Virus record (IMG/VR): IMGVR_UViG_3300037010_001702
Location: 175,442 to 239,441 of that record
DNA length: 64,000 nt
Strand: one strand, 5' to 3'
The position numbers were made by a program, and so were the translations under genes. The notes under the pieces were generated by a model that saw nothing but the letters and a program-made list of their open reading frames with translations, was not told the origin of the DNA and made no database searches. Positions 38,604 through 48,967 of this stretch are shown piece after piece (position 1 is the stretch's first letter; each line of letters begins with the position of its first letter).

Positions 38604-39357
38604 TAAGGAGCAGATTGCTGCTCGACGTATTCCACTTGAGGATGCAGAAGTATCCTTAGGTAAGAATGCGAATTGGTATTGCCATTATTGCAAGCGCAAG
38701 ATGTCGAATGAATCAGTATTCATGAAGCATTTTTGCGAACCTAAACGCCGCACTCAAGAGCTAATGAGCCCTACTGGACAAGCTGCATTTGGTTACTACA
38801 ATGCGTGGATGAAGATGCGACGCTACACTCAGCAAACTTCATCAACCTTCATCGAATCAAAGTTCTTTAAGACTTTTGTAAAGTTTGCTCAGATGGTTAT
38901 CGACGCAAACATCGGTGATCCAGAAAAGTATATGGAGCTGATGGTTGCTGGCAGTATTGACCCAACTCTATGGTGTCGCCAAAGTGCCTACGCTTTGTAC
39001 CTAGAATGGGCTGACAAGAATTCCGATCCTATTGAGGATGTTCAAGCATCGATCAACTACCTGTTTGACATCTGCGAGAAGGAAGATATTCTCACAAGTG
39101 AAGGTGCTCCAGATATTCGTAGGATTTTTGCACACCTTGGTGTCCAGAGAATTTTTGCTCTTGTGCGGCAAAAGCGAATAACTCCATGGTTACTCTTTAA
39201 CGCAACATCCTTTAAGCCAATCCTTGAGCAACTTGACAGCGGTGAAAGAGCTGCCCTGAACAGAATTATCAATGCTGAATATTGGTCTAAGAAATTTACA
39301 ATGAATAAATCTGTTGTTGCATCTATAAAAGAAATCGCAACTGAAATTTGTTTATAA
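38581..39357 (+). CDS. Hypothetical protein with N-terminal Zn-finger-like motif
   Basis: WYCHYCKRK...FMKHFC; coupled to the DnaE-like fragment 2. Confidence 0.6.
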   Translation: MTEVVLLDKEQIAARRIPLEDAEVSLGKNANWYCHYCKRKMSNESVFMKHFCEPKRRTQELMSPTGQAAFGYYNAWMKMRRYTQQTSSTFIESKFFKTFVKFAQMVIDANIGDPEKYMELMVAGSIDPTLWCRQSAYALYLEWADKNSDPIEDVQASINYLFDICEKEDILTSEGAPDIRRIFAHLGVQRIFALVRQKRITPWLLFNATSFKPILEQLDSGERAALNRIINAEYWSKKFTMNKSVVASIKEIATEICL

Positions 39358-39933
39358 ATGCTTGCAGATATTGACATAGACTTACCGACGCAGTTCAAAC
39401 CTAAAACTTTGTTCCCTTGGACTAGAGCAAGTATGGTAAAGAATGGAGAGTTGGGTCCTCATCCGTGCGGATACTATCCTCAGAATATTCCAGTAGATCA
39501 AATCACTAAACTTGCTGCTATACCTTACGGTGATGCAGAAGAATTAGGGTACGGAAAAATCGACTTTCTGCATTTGTCCGTCTACGATTACTTTGAAACG
39601 CGAGAAGAGATTGATGCTCTACTTGAAGAAGAACCAGATTGGGGGTTGTTGCTGATACCCTCAGAGCAAGTAAAGTTGTTTCAACTTGCAAAGCACGGTG
39701 ATATTCTAACAGCAGTAAAGCCAAAGTGCATTGAGGAATTGGCTGACGTGTTAGCTCTTATTAGACCAGGCAAGAAGCAGTTGGTAAAGCTTTATCATTC
39801 ACAGCGAGATGCTACTCGTCGAATCCTTTATGCAAAGGATGAGAACGGCTACTCATTTAAGAAGGCGCATGCGGTGAGTTATGCTATGGTGGTGGTGCTA
39901 CAGCTCCACCTTATATCTGCCGGCATCATATGA
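39358..39933 (+). CDS. DNA polymerase III alpha (DnaE)-like fragment 2 (catalytic DIDxD)
   Basis: ADIDID, HPCG, KIDFLHL, LALIRPG, YSFKKAHAVSY. Confidence 0.8.
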   Translation: MLADIDIDLPTQFKPKTLFPWTRASMVKNGELGPHPCGYYPQNIPVDQITKLAAIPYGDAEELGYGKIDFLHLSVYDYFETREEIDALLEEEPDWGLLLIPSEQVKLFQLAKHGDILTAVKPKCIEELADVLALIRPGKKQLVKLYHSQRDATRRILYAKDENGYSFKKAHAVSYAMVVVLQLHLISAGII

Positions 39934-40273
39934 AGCAGCAGGGTTTAATTTTGTATTCCATTTTTTGTGGGAATAATATTCATAACCAGTCTCGCTCTCT
40001 AAAATAGGCCCACAAAATCTTTTCCAAAATTAAATCTGAATTTTGACATAGATGCTGGAAATTCAGATTTGAATTTTAGTAGATGCCATCTTCTATATAA
40101 TTTTATAGAATTGTTTGGTAGTTAAAGGGGGTTGCCAGTATAAACATAAAATCTCATAATGCTTCTCCTTCAATTATCTATGCTGAAGTCATTCAATCTA
40201 ATCAGAAATCATTCAAACAGTTTACTTTGGGCAGATACAGTGTATAATAAATTTTATTGAAGGATTGTTCTTT

Positions 40274-40585
40274 ATGAGTGGAATTTTAGATAAGCAGCTA
40301 TCAGCTCGAACTATTGAATATCTGGAAATTCTTCAAGAGGAGTGTTCGGAGGTAGTGCAGGCAGTTTCCAAGATTAAGAGATTTGGCCTTCACAGCTTTA
40401 ACCCAACAGATAAAAAGAAAGTTCAGAACATTGACCACTTGATTATTGAGATTGGGGATGTAATTGGTATGGTTCGGTTACTAACAGAATCAGAACTTGG
40501 TTTCAATCATGGACTGAATTTAGAAAACATTTCTAAAGCTGGTGAAAAGAAAGTGAAAAAAGTTGCAAAATACTTGCAAAATTAG
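40274..40585 (+). CDS. MazG-like nucleotide pyrophosphohydrolase
   Basis: LQEECSEV...EIGDV motif; early promoter at 40220-48. Confidence 0.7.
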   Translation: MSGILDKQLSARTIEYLEILQEECSEVVQAVSKIKRFGLHSFNPTDKKKVQNIDHLIIEIGDVIGMVRLLTESELGFNHGLNLENISKAGEKKVKKVAKYLQN

Positions 40586-40703
40586 TGTACTTTTGTCAGG
40601 CTGCAGTGCATAATAACCTATCTAACGAAAAGGGTTTCATATGACTTCAATGAGGATGGTCAAAGAAATTGATGAAGATGTGATGAGCATCTGGGAAGAA
40701 TAA

Positions 40704-41804
40704 ATGATGAAAATATATAGCTGCGGTGGAGCAGTCCGCGATAAATTACTGGACCTACCTGTCAGCGACATGGATTATGTTGTTGTGGGTTCCACCGAGC
40801 GAGAAATGCTGGATGCTGGATTTAAACCTGCTGGAGCATTCTTTCCTGTCTTTCTACACCCTACTACCGGGGACGAATACGCCCTCGCCCGTAAGGAAAA
40901 GAAGAGTGGAGCAGGCCATACGGCTTTCACTGTAGAATTCGACAAGGAAGTTACCCTGGAGGAAGACCTAGCTCGGCGTGATCTGACGATCAATGCGATG
41001 GCAAAGGATCTGGAAACTGGAGAAATCGTTGACCCATTCCATGGTCAACGAGATTTGAAGCACAAAATCCTGCGTCATACGTCCGATGCTTTTGCTGAAG
41101 ACCCCCTGCGCGTGGTTCGCCTTGCCAGATTCTATGCTCGCTTTGACGACTTCGGAGTGGCAGATGAGACGCTGGCAATGGCTCAGAAGGTTGTTCAGTC
41201 TGGTGAAATGGATACTCTGTCCGAAGAACGTTTTTGGGCTGAAATGGACAAGATGTTTCGCACTTGCAGAAAGCCTGACCGCTTCTTTGCTGCGCTGTGG
41301 AGCTTCTATGCTCTAGACAATGTGAAGTTTTTCAAGGATCTGTTTGGTGACAGAACTACCATAGAAGATCTGACTTGCATTGAAGAGTTTGCTATTATGG
41401 CTTCTCGTACTCATCCAGACTTTAGGCTGACTGCATTCGTTGCAGTAGCTGGAAAGTTTGCGCACGACATCAAGGGAACGACTACTGAGATGATGAAGTT
41501 GCATAAGGCTGTGCAAGCAGTCAGAAGTCTGCCAGATGAAATGACGGGATTGGATTTGCTAAACTTTTTGAAGAACATGGGCGCAAGCACAAAGCCTTCG
41601 AAGACACTAGAAAATCTGTACGATCTACTTCGCCTAGGTCCAAAATCTTTGGATACAAAACTGAGTGCTGACAGTTTGACTACTATTTTTGAAGCAGCAC
41701 ATTCTGTTAAGTCTGACGAACCAACGTTTGCTGGACTGGAAGGTATCGCTCTAGGATATGCAATGAACAAAGAACGTGTTAAAAGAATTGATGGAGTACT
41801 ATGA
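40704..41804 (+). CDS. cca: tRNA nucleotidyltransferase (CCA-adding enzyme)
   Basis: GGAVRDKLL, DMDYVV, DLARRDLTINAMA, EDPLRVVR, ERFWAE. Confidence 0.9.
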   Translation: MMKIYSCGGAVRDKLLDLPVSDMDYVVVGSTEREMLDAGFKPAGAFFPVFLHPTTGDEYALARKEKKSGAGHTAFTVEFDKEVTLEEDLARRDLTINAMAKDLETGEIVDPFHGQRDLKHKILRHTSDAFAEDPLRVVRLARFYARFDDFGVADETLAMAQKVVQSGEMDTLSEERFWAEMDKMFRTCRKPDRFFAALWSFYALDNVKFFKDLFGDRTTIEDLTCIEEFAIMASRTHPDFRLTAFVAVAGKFAHDIKGTTTEMMKLHKAVQAVRSLPDEMTGLDLLNFLKNMGASTKPSKTLENLYDLLRLGPKSLDTKLSADSLTTIFEAAHSVKSDEPTFAGLEGIALGYAMNKERVKRIDGVL

Positions 41805-42022
41805 TTGGGATTTTAATATTGAGCGCAGTTTGTCTTGCAATTTTAATTGCTATAAACTGGTATGCTGGGGATAATCTGACGGTCAGTGATTTCACTTTCT
41901 TAGTGTTTGTGTCATTAATCCCGCTCGTGAATGTTCTGACCGTTGCATTTTTCATATGGGCTATGATGACTGACAGCGGCATTAAATCGGAAGTTGTTAT
42001 GCTGAAAGGTCGTGGTGCATGA
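41801..42022 (+). CDS. Small membrane protein
   Basis: Two hydrophobic helices. Confidence 0.5.
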   Translation: MIGILILSAVCLAILIAINWYAGDNLTVSDFTFLVFVSLIPLVNVLTVAFFIWAMMTDSGIKSEVVMLKGRGA

Positions 42023-42172
42023 AAACATTGTTTGCTTGGACCGGTGCTGCACTCTATGTTCGGCCAAAACCAAAGTGCAGTGTTTGTGGTACTACAGAAA
42101 ATGTAAGATACGTGGGCGGGTACCAAGAGTACCTTTTCGATAGTCCGGGATGTATTCCCCTTTGAGGATATT

Positions 42173-42415
42173 ATGAATAAGAACATTGAAGCACTTGCAC
42201 TTGAAGCTGGGATGGTTAAAACCTCATTGCATTATGGTCGTAGAGATCCTTACGTGCTTTGGGAGGATGACATTGAAAAGTTTGCCGACTTGATTGTGGA
42301 GAAATGCTTAGATGCTTGTAGTCGGGCAAATGAGATTAGACATTTCGTGCCACCTACCCAGCAGCAAGTTGTCTTAAGTTGTATGGACGAGATTGAACGA
42401 ATTTTTAGGAGATAA
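42173..42415 (+). CDS. Hypothetical protein
   Basis: GAGGA RBS. Confidence 0.55.
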   Translation: MNKNIEALALEAGMVKTSLHYGRRDPYVLWEDDIEKFADLIVEKCLDACSRANEIRHFVPPTQQQVVLSCMDEIERIFRR

Positions 42416-43432
42416 ATGATGAATGAAACAATGATGTTTAAGGTTCTAGTTGGAAGTCGACTTTACGGAACACATACAGCAAAGTCTGACTTTGACTACA
42501 AGGTAGTTGTCTTGCCAAGCATGGATGATCTGCTAATGGGTAAAAAGCTTGCTAATCGTAAGGAGAAGCCAGAAGGTTCAAATGCGAATAGCAAGATGCA
42601 AGCTGGTGAAGCTGAAACAGAATACTTGCCGCTTCAAGTCTTCATGGATGATTTGTACAACGGCCAAACATACGCCCTCGAATTGATGTTCGCATTCAAT
42701 CAGGGGCTAGCAGAACGATGTAACGACCATGTTTTGAATAACAAGGTTACTGTCATGATGCGGGAACTTCAAGACAGGTTCTTGAATAGCACCATGAAGA
42801 AGATGGTGGGATACGCAGTTGCACAATCTCAGTTGTACGGTCTGAAGACAGAACGTTTCACAACCTTGAAGAAGGTTGTTGAGTTACTTACTGAGCACCT
42901 TGCCTTCTTTCCCGACCACACCACGATGGCTAATGAAGATGGACTACGCAATAAACTGCTACTACTTCCTCACGTAAAGCCGGTGATGATAGAGAATTCC
43001 GCTGGTGGATCAGCCCTTGCTCCAGCCTTGGACATAGTCGGAAAGAAGTTTCCGCTAACTAACAAGGTGCACACTTTGCTAGCATCTCTAAACGGATTGC
43101 TTGCTGGATACGGAGATCGCGTAGCATCATTTGAGGGAGAGGGTGTCGATTGGAAGGCATTGAGTCATGCAGTTCGGATAACGACTCAAGTGCTTGAACT
43201 TTCTAAGACAGGAAAGATGACATTCCCTAATGCACAAGCAGATATGCTGCGCGATATGAAGGAAGGAAAGATGACTCTTGAAGATGCAACTACATTGCTC
43301 GCGAATCATTTTAACCAGATAGATGCCGCAGTTGCTAACTCCACTTTGCCTTTGCGCAACCCAGTAATGGATGCAGATTTTGCAAAGTGGAAGCTAATGT
43401 GGCTACGTGCCTTCTACAGCGGGCAGCTTTAA
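42416..43432 (+). CDS. Pol-beta superfamily nucleotidyltransferase (NrdC.11/RlaP-like)
   Basis: VGSRLYGTHTAKSDFDYK, WKALSHAVR. Confidence 0.75.
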   Translation: MMNETMMFKVLVGSRLYGTHTAKSDFDYKVVVLPSMDDLLMGKKLANRKEKPEGSNANSKMQAGEAETEYLPLQVFMDDLYNGQTYALELMFAFNQGLAERCNDHVLNNKVTVMMRELQDRFLNSTMKKMVGYAVAQSQLYGLKTERFTTLKKVVELLTEHLAFFPDHTTMANEDGLRNKLLLLPHVKPVMIENSAGGSALAPALDIVGKKFPLTNKVHTLLASLNGLLAGYGDRVASFEGEGVDWKALSHAVRITTQVLELSKTGKMTFPNAQADMLRDMKEGKMTLEDATTLLANHFNQIDAAVANSTLPLRNPVMDADFAKWKLMWLRAFYSGQL

Positions 43433-43440
43433 ATCGGTAG

Positions 43441-43494
43441 ATAAGGGCTCGCCTTACCATACTTTATTGTAATGGTGGTAAGGCGAGCCCTTAT
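43441..43494. terminator. 20-bp hairpin between convergent genes
   Basis: ATAAGGGCTCGCCTTACCAT / GTGGTAAGGCGAGCCCTTAT. Confidence 0.6.
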
Positions 43495-43583
43495 AAACTT
43501 CTGGCTTTGATTTATTCGTTTTACCAAAGTATAACGTGCCAGTTAAAGCATGTCTTTTGATAAGAAAAGCGGGTTTAGCGCAC

Positions 43584-44021
43584 TTAGTAGTTTGGCGCAC
43601 GTTTAAGTTTCACTTCAATACCTTCAGGTATTGCCACAACGCGTCTCCGTCGTACCTTGGCTTTTTGCATGCCATCATACGAGAAGGCTTGTCCTACGAT
43701 GCGAGTAACGTAGGTGGTGTCAAATGTTCTGTATAGTGGTGCAAGCTGGGATGTAAGCCCGTGTTGTGCGATCTCTACACTTAGTGGGCTGCGTTCTGAT
43801 TTTCCGTAGAACCATTTAGTAACGATACTAAGAAATTCTTGGAGTGGAATATTTTCTTGGTCCGCATAATCTAACACATATGCCCCAATTTCTGCTGGAG
43901 TTATATTATCGATGATGGCTAAATACGTTTCTCGTTTGTATTCGAGCATACACATATATCCAAGATTAACCCGCTCTGATACGGGCTCAACAACTAATTT
44001 CGGTATTTTCTTTTTTGCCAT
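43584..44021 (-). CDS. Hypothetical protein
   Basis: Start re-assigned to MAKKKIPK with GGAG RBS. Confidence 0.65.
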   Translation of the reverse strand: MAKKKIPKLVVEPVSERVNLGYMCMLEYKRETYLAIIDNITPAEIGAYVLDYADQENIPLQEFLSIVTKWFYGKSERSPLSVEIAQHGLTSQLAPLYRTFDTTYVTRIVGQAFSYDGMQKAKVRRRRVVAIPEGIEVKLKRAPNY

Positions 44022-44257
44022 TTGCCATTCTCCATAATGCATGGGGCATTTTACTTCGGTCTGCACCCTCAACCATTCTTAAGTGACAGATGAAATGCTC
44101 ATGCGCTGTTAATTTTATCATTTCACTTCCCACCAAAGAGTCTGGGATGATGTGATGTCTTTTGTCATGCCCTTCAACACCGGCATTGTTGTTTTCAATA
44201 ATTTGGTAACACTAAGCAAGTGTATTTGATCTTGTAGGAACATAGTGTCCATTTCAT
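43987..44257 (-). pseudogene. HNH homing endonuclease remnant
   Basis: Minus strand RHHIIPDSLVGS...LTAHEHFICHL, with upstream stop/frameshift. Confidence 0.7.
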
Positions 44258-44419
44258 AGATTGAAACTATTTAAACTAATCTTGAACCTGTAACAAAAAT
44301 GTCAATAGTTACACGAAAACAACCTCATTTTGGTTACTTTGTTACTAACAAACTGTGTACATTTCCCCAGGTTAGGGTATAATTACTTTATCGAGTGATT
44401 AACTTAGAAAGTTTCCCAA

Positions 44420-44737
44420 ATGACTGCAATGGCCCTCTCCTCTTTGATTTCTTCTGCTGCTGAACTCTCCATTGACCAACAATTGGAATTGAATCGGGCT
44501 TTAGTTCAAATGATCAAGAACAAGCGTCGGGTTGCAGCAGTTGTTGTTGGTTCGAAGCTTCTCCCTGGTCAGCTTGTTACATTCAATGCCAAGACTCGCA
44601 GTCAGAAAATAATCAAGATCGAAAAGTTCAACCGGGCTGGTACTGCAGTTGTCGGTCGCGAACACAATGCAAAGGGTGAACAAACTTCCACAATGCGCTG
44701 GACTGTTCCTGTGACTCTTTGCACAGTTATTTCCTAA
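44420..44737 (+). CDS. Hypothetical early protein
   Basis: Early promoter 44355-83. Confidence 0.6.
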   Translation: MTAMALSSLISSAAELSIDQQLELNRALVQMIKNKRRVAAVVVGSKLLPGQLVTFNAKTRSQKIIKIEKFNRAGTAVVGREHNAKGEQTSTMRWTVPVTLCTVIS

Positions 44738-44825
44738 TGTGTTACACTTTAACCTGTGAAAACTATGTACTTTTCACAGGTTGTATAGTATAATAATTTA
44801 TCAACGGAAAACAAAGGAATCTAAA

Positions 44826-45170
44826 ATGGCTAAAGTACCTTGCAACTCCTGGTCCATTCTCCCTGCTGGTTGCCTCTTCAATGACAAGACGAAGGTTACA
44901 ATGGAAGAAGTGATGAAGGAATGGGATTCTGGTACCATTGTGGTATGCAAGAAGCCCAATGGCCATTTTGGTTTCATTGCTGGTGGTTATGGTGATTATG
45001 CAAAGATTGGTTCCAGCCAAATGTGCCACCACGATCAAACTTGCGCAAAGCTAGGTTACTGGGAAATTGTTGCTCAAGTCAAGTACAAAAAGGTAGATGG
45101 TGTGACTGTCACGGAAGTTGAAGGTTCCATCGAAGGTGTTAAGAAGGCTACCATCCACGTCTTCAAGTAA
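44826..45170 (+). CDS. Hypothetical early protein
   Basis: Early promoter 44765-94, AAGGA RBS. Confidence 0.6.
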   Translation: MAKVPCNSWSILPAGCLFNDKTKVTMEEVMKEWDSGTIVVCKKPNGHFGFIAGGYGDYAKIGSSQMCHHDQTCAKLGYWEIVAQVKYKKVDGVTVTEVEGSIEGVKKATIHVFK

Positions 45171-45677
45171 GGATAGAAAAGTGTTTGCTATTTCTCTTTC
45201 CGGCCTGTTTATTACTGTTGCGAAGCTCATGTGTTTGATTGTCGTGGCAGCATTTAGCGCATTGACAGTTCTTTGGCCTGTAAGTAAACAGCCCATTTCG
45301 AAGACTCAGAAAGTCATTTTCGCCATTTTGAATGTTATCATGGCGCTGTTCTTGTTTGGTGCAATCAAGCTTACTGATTAAGGATTAAAAAATGATTGAT
45401 GCGAAAACAGCCCGCAATGTCTCAAGATGGTTATCTGCTAATCATGACAGATGTGTTGTTCGTTGAGAACACGGTTAGTACATTTGAAAGTGAATACCTT
45501 TATGATTATGCAGGTATTGCAACGCGTGTAATTGAAAAGAGCAAATAGATGCTGCTAGCCCAGCAAAAGAACCAACTGAAAAGAAATCAAAGCCAGTTTG
45601 CCTAGGAACAGTGGCCTAGTTTACTTTGTTCCTAGGTCAGGTTATAATACATTATCAAACGATTATTGAGGTTAAAG

Positions 45678-46193
45678 ATGAAAAGCGAAATCCTGCTCTC
45701 TAAAGAACTTCGTGCAAAGGTAGAAGCTAAGACGAAGGAATGTTTCAACACTGCTGAGAAGAAATTTAAAACCAAATTTGAGATGCCTGAGATTAGGTAT
45801 AATGTAAAGTCCACAACCGCTGGACTTGCATATCATCAAAAGTGGTTGATTCGCTACAACTTAATTCTCTTGGTTGAAAATGAGGAACACTTCCTCAAGC
45901 ACACTGTTCCCCACGAAGTCGCTCACTTGATTAATCGTCAGGTGAACAAGCCTGCAGATGGCAAGAAGAAGCTGATGCCTCATGGCAAAGAATGGAAAGA
46001 TATTATGGCACTGTTTGGAATTCCAGCAGATGTGAAACATACTTATGATTGCGCGTCAATTGACAGGACACCACGGTCAAAGCGCAAGACTACCGAATCC
46101 AAGGTTGCTCGTATCCTCAACCAAATCAAGAAGCTCAATGAAGAAGATAAGGCAATCCTTGCCGACCGTATTGAGAATGGCGATATCTATTAA
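45678..46193 (+). CDS. SprT-like metalloprotease
   Basis: TAGLA, TVPHEVAH, HGKEWK; early promoter 45619-48. Confidence 0.85.
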   Translation: MKSEILLSKELRAKVEAKTKECFNTAEKKFKTKFEMPEIRYNVKSTTAGLAYHQKWLIRYNLILLVENEEHFLKHTVPHEVAHLINRQVNKPADGKKKLMPHGKEWKDIMALFGIPADVKHTYDCASIDRTPRSKRKTTESKVARILNQIKKLNEEDKAILADRIENGDIY

Positions 46194-46210
46194 TTCACAG
46201 AAAGAAAAGC

Positions 46211-47515
46211 ATGTCTAATTTTGTTCAAGTAATCAAGGAATGCGAAGCTGCTAATGGTGCGGGCACCAAGAAGATTATTCAAGCAGCTCTTGCAAAGGCT
46301 GATGAAATTGCTCAACAGCTTATTATTTATGCATTATCGCCATACCAGGTTTTTGGTGTTCGCAAGTTTGATATGCCAAAGTCTGGACCGAAGGTTACTC
46401 CCAAAAATGCATATGAGGAATTTTTCTGTGTCCTTGAACGTTTGGTCTCTCATGATCTAACTGGCGATGCTGCTCGAAATGCGGTCACTGGTGCTCTTGG
46501 TGGCTTTACTCTTGAAGAGCAAGATTACATTGTTCGAGTCCTTGACAAGGATTTGAAAGCCGGTTTCTCCGCAGATACTTTCAACAAGATCTGGCCTAAC
46601 AACAAGATTCCTACGTTCGAGGTAATGCTTGCTGACAAATGTGAAAACACTGAAGACTTCGAAAAGTATGTCATCTTCCCCTGCCAAGCAGACTGGAAGT
46701 TCGATGGACAGCGCAATATTGCTATCCAGCGCGAAGGTCAACCAGCTGACAATCGTGCTCGCTCTGGCAAGGCTTCTGAACACCTGAACGGTTTATTCGA
46801 TGAAGACCTCGCAAAAATCCGTGAATACCTCGGCTATGACTTCATTTTGGACGGTGAAGCCTTTGCTTCTGACTTTACTGAAACAATCAATGCCAAGAAG
46901 GCTGGCAATGATACTGCAAAAGCTAACATGCGCATTCGTGCATTCTTCTTGATGCCTCTAACTGATTGGATTGCACAGAAGACTAATATCACTATGCGTC
47001 AAAATCGCAAGGCTCTCGGAGAAATTCTGAAGGCTTGTGACTGCAAGAAGATCACTCTCTCCGAAGGTCGTGAAGTTACCGACTACCACGACATGATGGA
47101 ATACTGCAACGAAGTGATCGACGTTCACAAGCAAGAAGGTCTGATCTTGAAGGATTGGGATTCTGAATACACTTGGGATCGTACCTTCGCGTGGACCAAG
47201 GTGAAGCGCTTCTACGACGTGGATGCGCGATTCATCTCCTTCTACCCAGGCCGTCCAAAGAGCCGCCTCGCTAACACTGTTGGCGGCGCAAACTGTGTTG
47301 CCTTCCTTGAAAATGGCGAACGCATTGAGTTCAAAGTTGGCTCTGGCTTCTCTGACAAGGACCGTGAAGACATGAAGACTAACCCTGACAAGTGGTTGAA
47401 GCTTACGCATGTCATCAAGTACCAAGAAGTATCCCGTTCAAAGGGTAAGGAAGTTGCGTCTCTTCGGTTCTGCACCTATGAACGTTCGCGTGACGACAAA
47501 ATGGTGGAGATTTAA
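46211..47515 (+). CDS. ATP-dependent DNA ligase
   Basis: DWKFDGQR (motif I), ILDGEA, EGLILKD, WTKVK, KVGSGFSD. Confidence 0.9.
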   Translation: MSNFVQVIKECEAANGAGTKKIIQAALAKADEIAQQLIIYALSPYQVFGVRKFDMPKSGPKVTPKNAYEEFFCVLERLVSHDLTGDAARNAVTGALGGFTLEEQDYIVRVLDKDLKAGFSADTFNKIWPNNKIPTFEVMLADKCENTEDFEKYVIFPCQADWKFDGQRNIAIQREGQPADNRARSGKASEHLNGLFDEDLAKIREYLGYDFILDGEAFASDFTETINAKKAGNDTAKANMRIRAFFLMPLTDWIAQKTNITMRQNRKALGEILKACDCKKITLSEGREVTDYHDMMEYCNEVIDVHKQEGLILKDWDSEYTWDRTFAWTKVKRFYDVDARFISFYPGRPKSRLANTVGGANCVAFLENGERIEFKVGSGFSDKDREDMKTNPDKWLKLTHVIKYQEVSRSKGKEVASLRFCTYERSRDDKMVEI

Positions 47516-47833
47516 ATGACGGATCATGTATGGGCAGTTCGTGTAGGAACTCTTGGGCGATTGAAAGCAGCTATCAAGAAGTTCCATACTAAGAAGCTTG
47601 CAAAGCTGGGCTTCTATGTTGAAATAGAAGAGCTCGACCAACATGATAATGACAGGCTAATTAGGGCTTATCAGAATAGTGAGGACTTTACATTGAAGCC
47701 ATTTAGCAAAGCCATTCCATTTAAGACCATCAACCATGATATGGATGGAACTATTCGTAACACTACTAAGCAGTTTTTTGTTGCTAAATTTATGGGGCCA
47801 AAGCTCTTGAATGGAGTACCCCGTGCAGACTAG
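47516..47833 (+). CDS. Hypothetical protein
   Basis: Coupled to ligase. Confidence 0.5.
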   Translation: MTDHVWAVRVGTLGRLKAAIKKFHTKKLAKLGFYVEIEELDQHDNDRLIRAYQNSEDFTLKPFSKAIPFKTINHDMDGTIRNTTKQFFVAKFMGPKLLNGVPRAD

Positions 47834-48047
47834 ACGTGGCTCCATAATTGAAACATTTACTAACATCGTTGTTGGTCTAATGGTCTCTATTGTTGCTAAC
47901 GCGGCGGTGGCACCGCTAATCCTCGATCACGCCATCACAGGTGTTCAAAACATCAAGCTGACCTTTTTCTACACAATAATCAGCATGGTCCGTTCATACG
48001 CACTTCGCCGCAGCTTTAACAAAATTTCCATTCGATATGGCATCTGA
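47811..48047 (+). CDS. Small two-helix membrane protein
   Basis: QTRRGSIIETFTNIVVG...SMVRSYALRR. Confidence 0.55.
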   Translation: MEYPVQTRRGSIIETFTNIVVGLMVSIVANAAVAPLILDHAITGVQNIKLTFFYTIISMVRSYALRRSFNKISIRYGI

Positions 48048-48270
48048 GGTATAAATAATGGTGTTAGTAGTTAAACATCATGAACGTTATAGACCTCACA
48101 CTTTATCGCAACAGAAAAATTATTGAACACCTTGAAAAGAAAATAGGGGAGCTATCGCTTTCCTCTGAAGTAGGTGGAGTTCGGCAGATAAAATTTTACT
48201 TCAAAGAATGGCTCAAGGTAAATTACCATTAAGTACGGTGCTATAATAGAACTTTAGATGAGATACACAG

Positions 48271-48501
48271 ATGATAGAAGCAAGAATAAACAATAGACTT
48301 CGCGTAGGCGGAAAAAATCTATATGTATTTCTCCTAGATGATATGAGGGGACATCATCCTCTAAAGTGCGTCGCATTCATTGAGAGAGAAGATTTAAGTG
48401 ATCAAATTTTCTGCAATGAAGAAGGTGAAGAAATGCGGGTTGCGAAATACCACGCTCATGGCACGCTTTCTGATGAGGCTGAAACACTATGGGTGAAGTA
48501 A
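48271..48501 (+). CDS. Hypothetical protein
   Basis: 76 aa ORF with TATAAT upstream. Confidence 0.45.
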   Translation: MIEARINNRLRVGGKNLYVFLLDDMRGHHPLKCVAFIEREDLSDQIFCNEEGEEMRVAKYHAHGTLSDEAETLWVK

Positions 48502-48947
48502 TTCAATTCGTCCGTGATGGCAGAAAACCACATCACCGCGACCACGATAAACCAATCATTCCAGTCAAAACAGTTGATGATGTCTTTGCAGACGTTTATG
48601 AGGACATCATTGGCGAATGGCAGCGGTACGCTATCAGGAACCGTCTTAACGAGTTCATCACAAGCAAGATTCCCGCATCTCTGCGAACAATACCAGAAGC
48701 TGACTTCACGAATGATCTGAACGCTTTAGCTGCGGTAGAGAACAAACTTCAATTACGCGTTTCGCTATTTTGGCCTGGAGGAACAACAGCCAATCCCTAC
48801 GGTTGGATTGCCGGATTCCACAAGGATACAAAGATTTTTACAACACCCGCAGACATGTCGTCTGAGGCAAATGCAAGAGCCCTAAACATTCTTCTTTACC
48901 TGGGATTAGAAAACCAGTTGAGAAGCCTGTCGGGCAGTTTAAAGTAA
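48489..48947 (+). CDS. Hypothetical protein
   Basis: 152 aa ORF in operon orientation. Confidence 0.6.
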   Translation: MGEVIQFVRDGRKPHHRDHDKPIIPVKTVDDVFADVYEDIIGEWQRYAIRNRLNEFITSKIPASLRTIPEADFTNDLNALAAVENKLQLRVSLFWPGGTTANPYGWIAGFHKDTKIFTTPADMSSEANARALNILLYLGLENQLRSLSGSLK

Positions 48948-48967
48948 GTACTAGGAGAAAAATAAAG

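Noticed and set aside
39934-40200. Minus-strand MRFYVY... possible endonuclease remnant
   Set aside because: It stops after 11 codons and shows no further nuclease motif; too weak to call.
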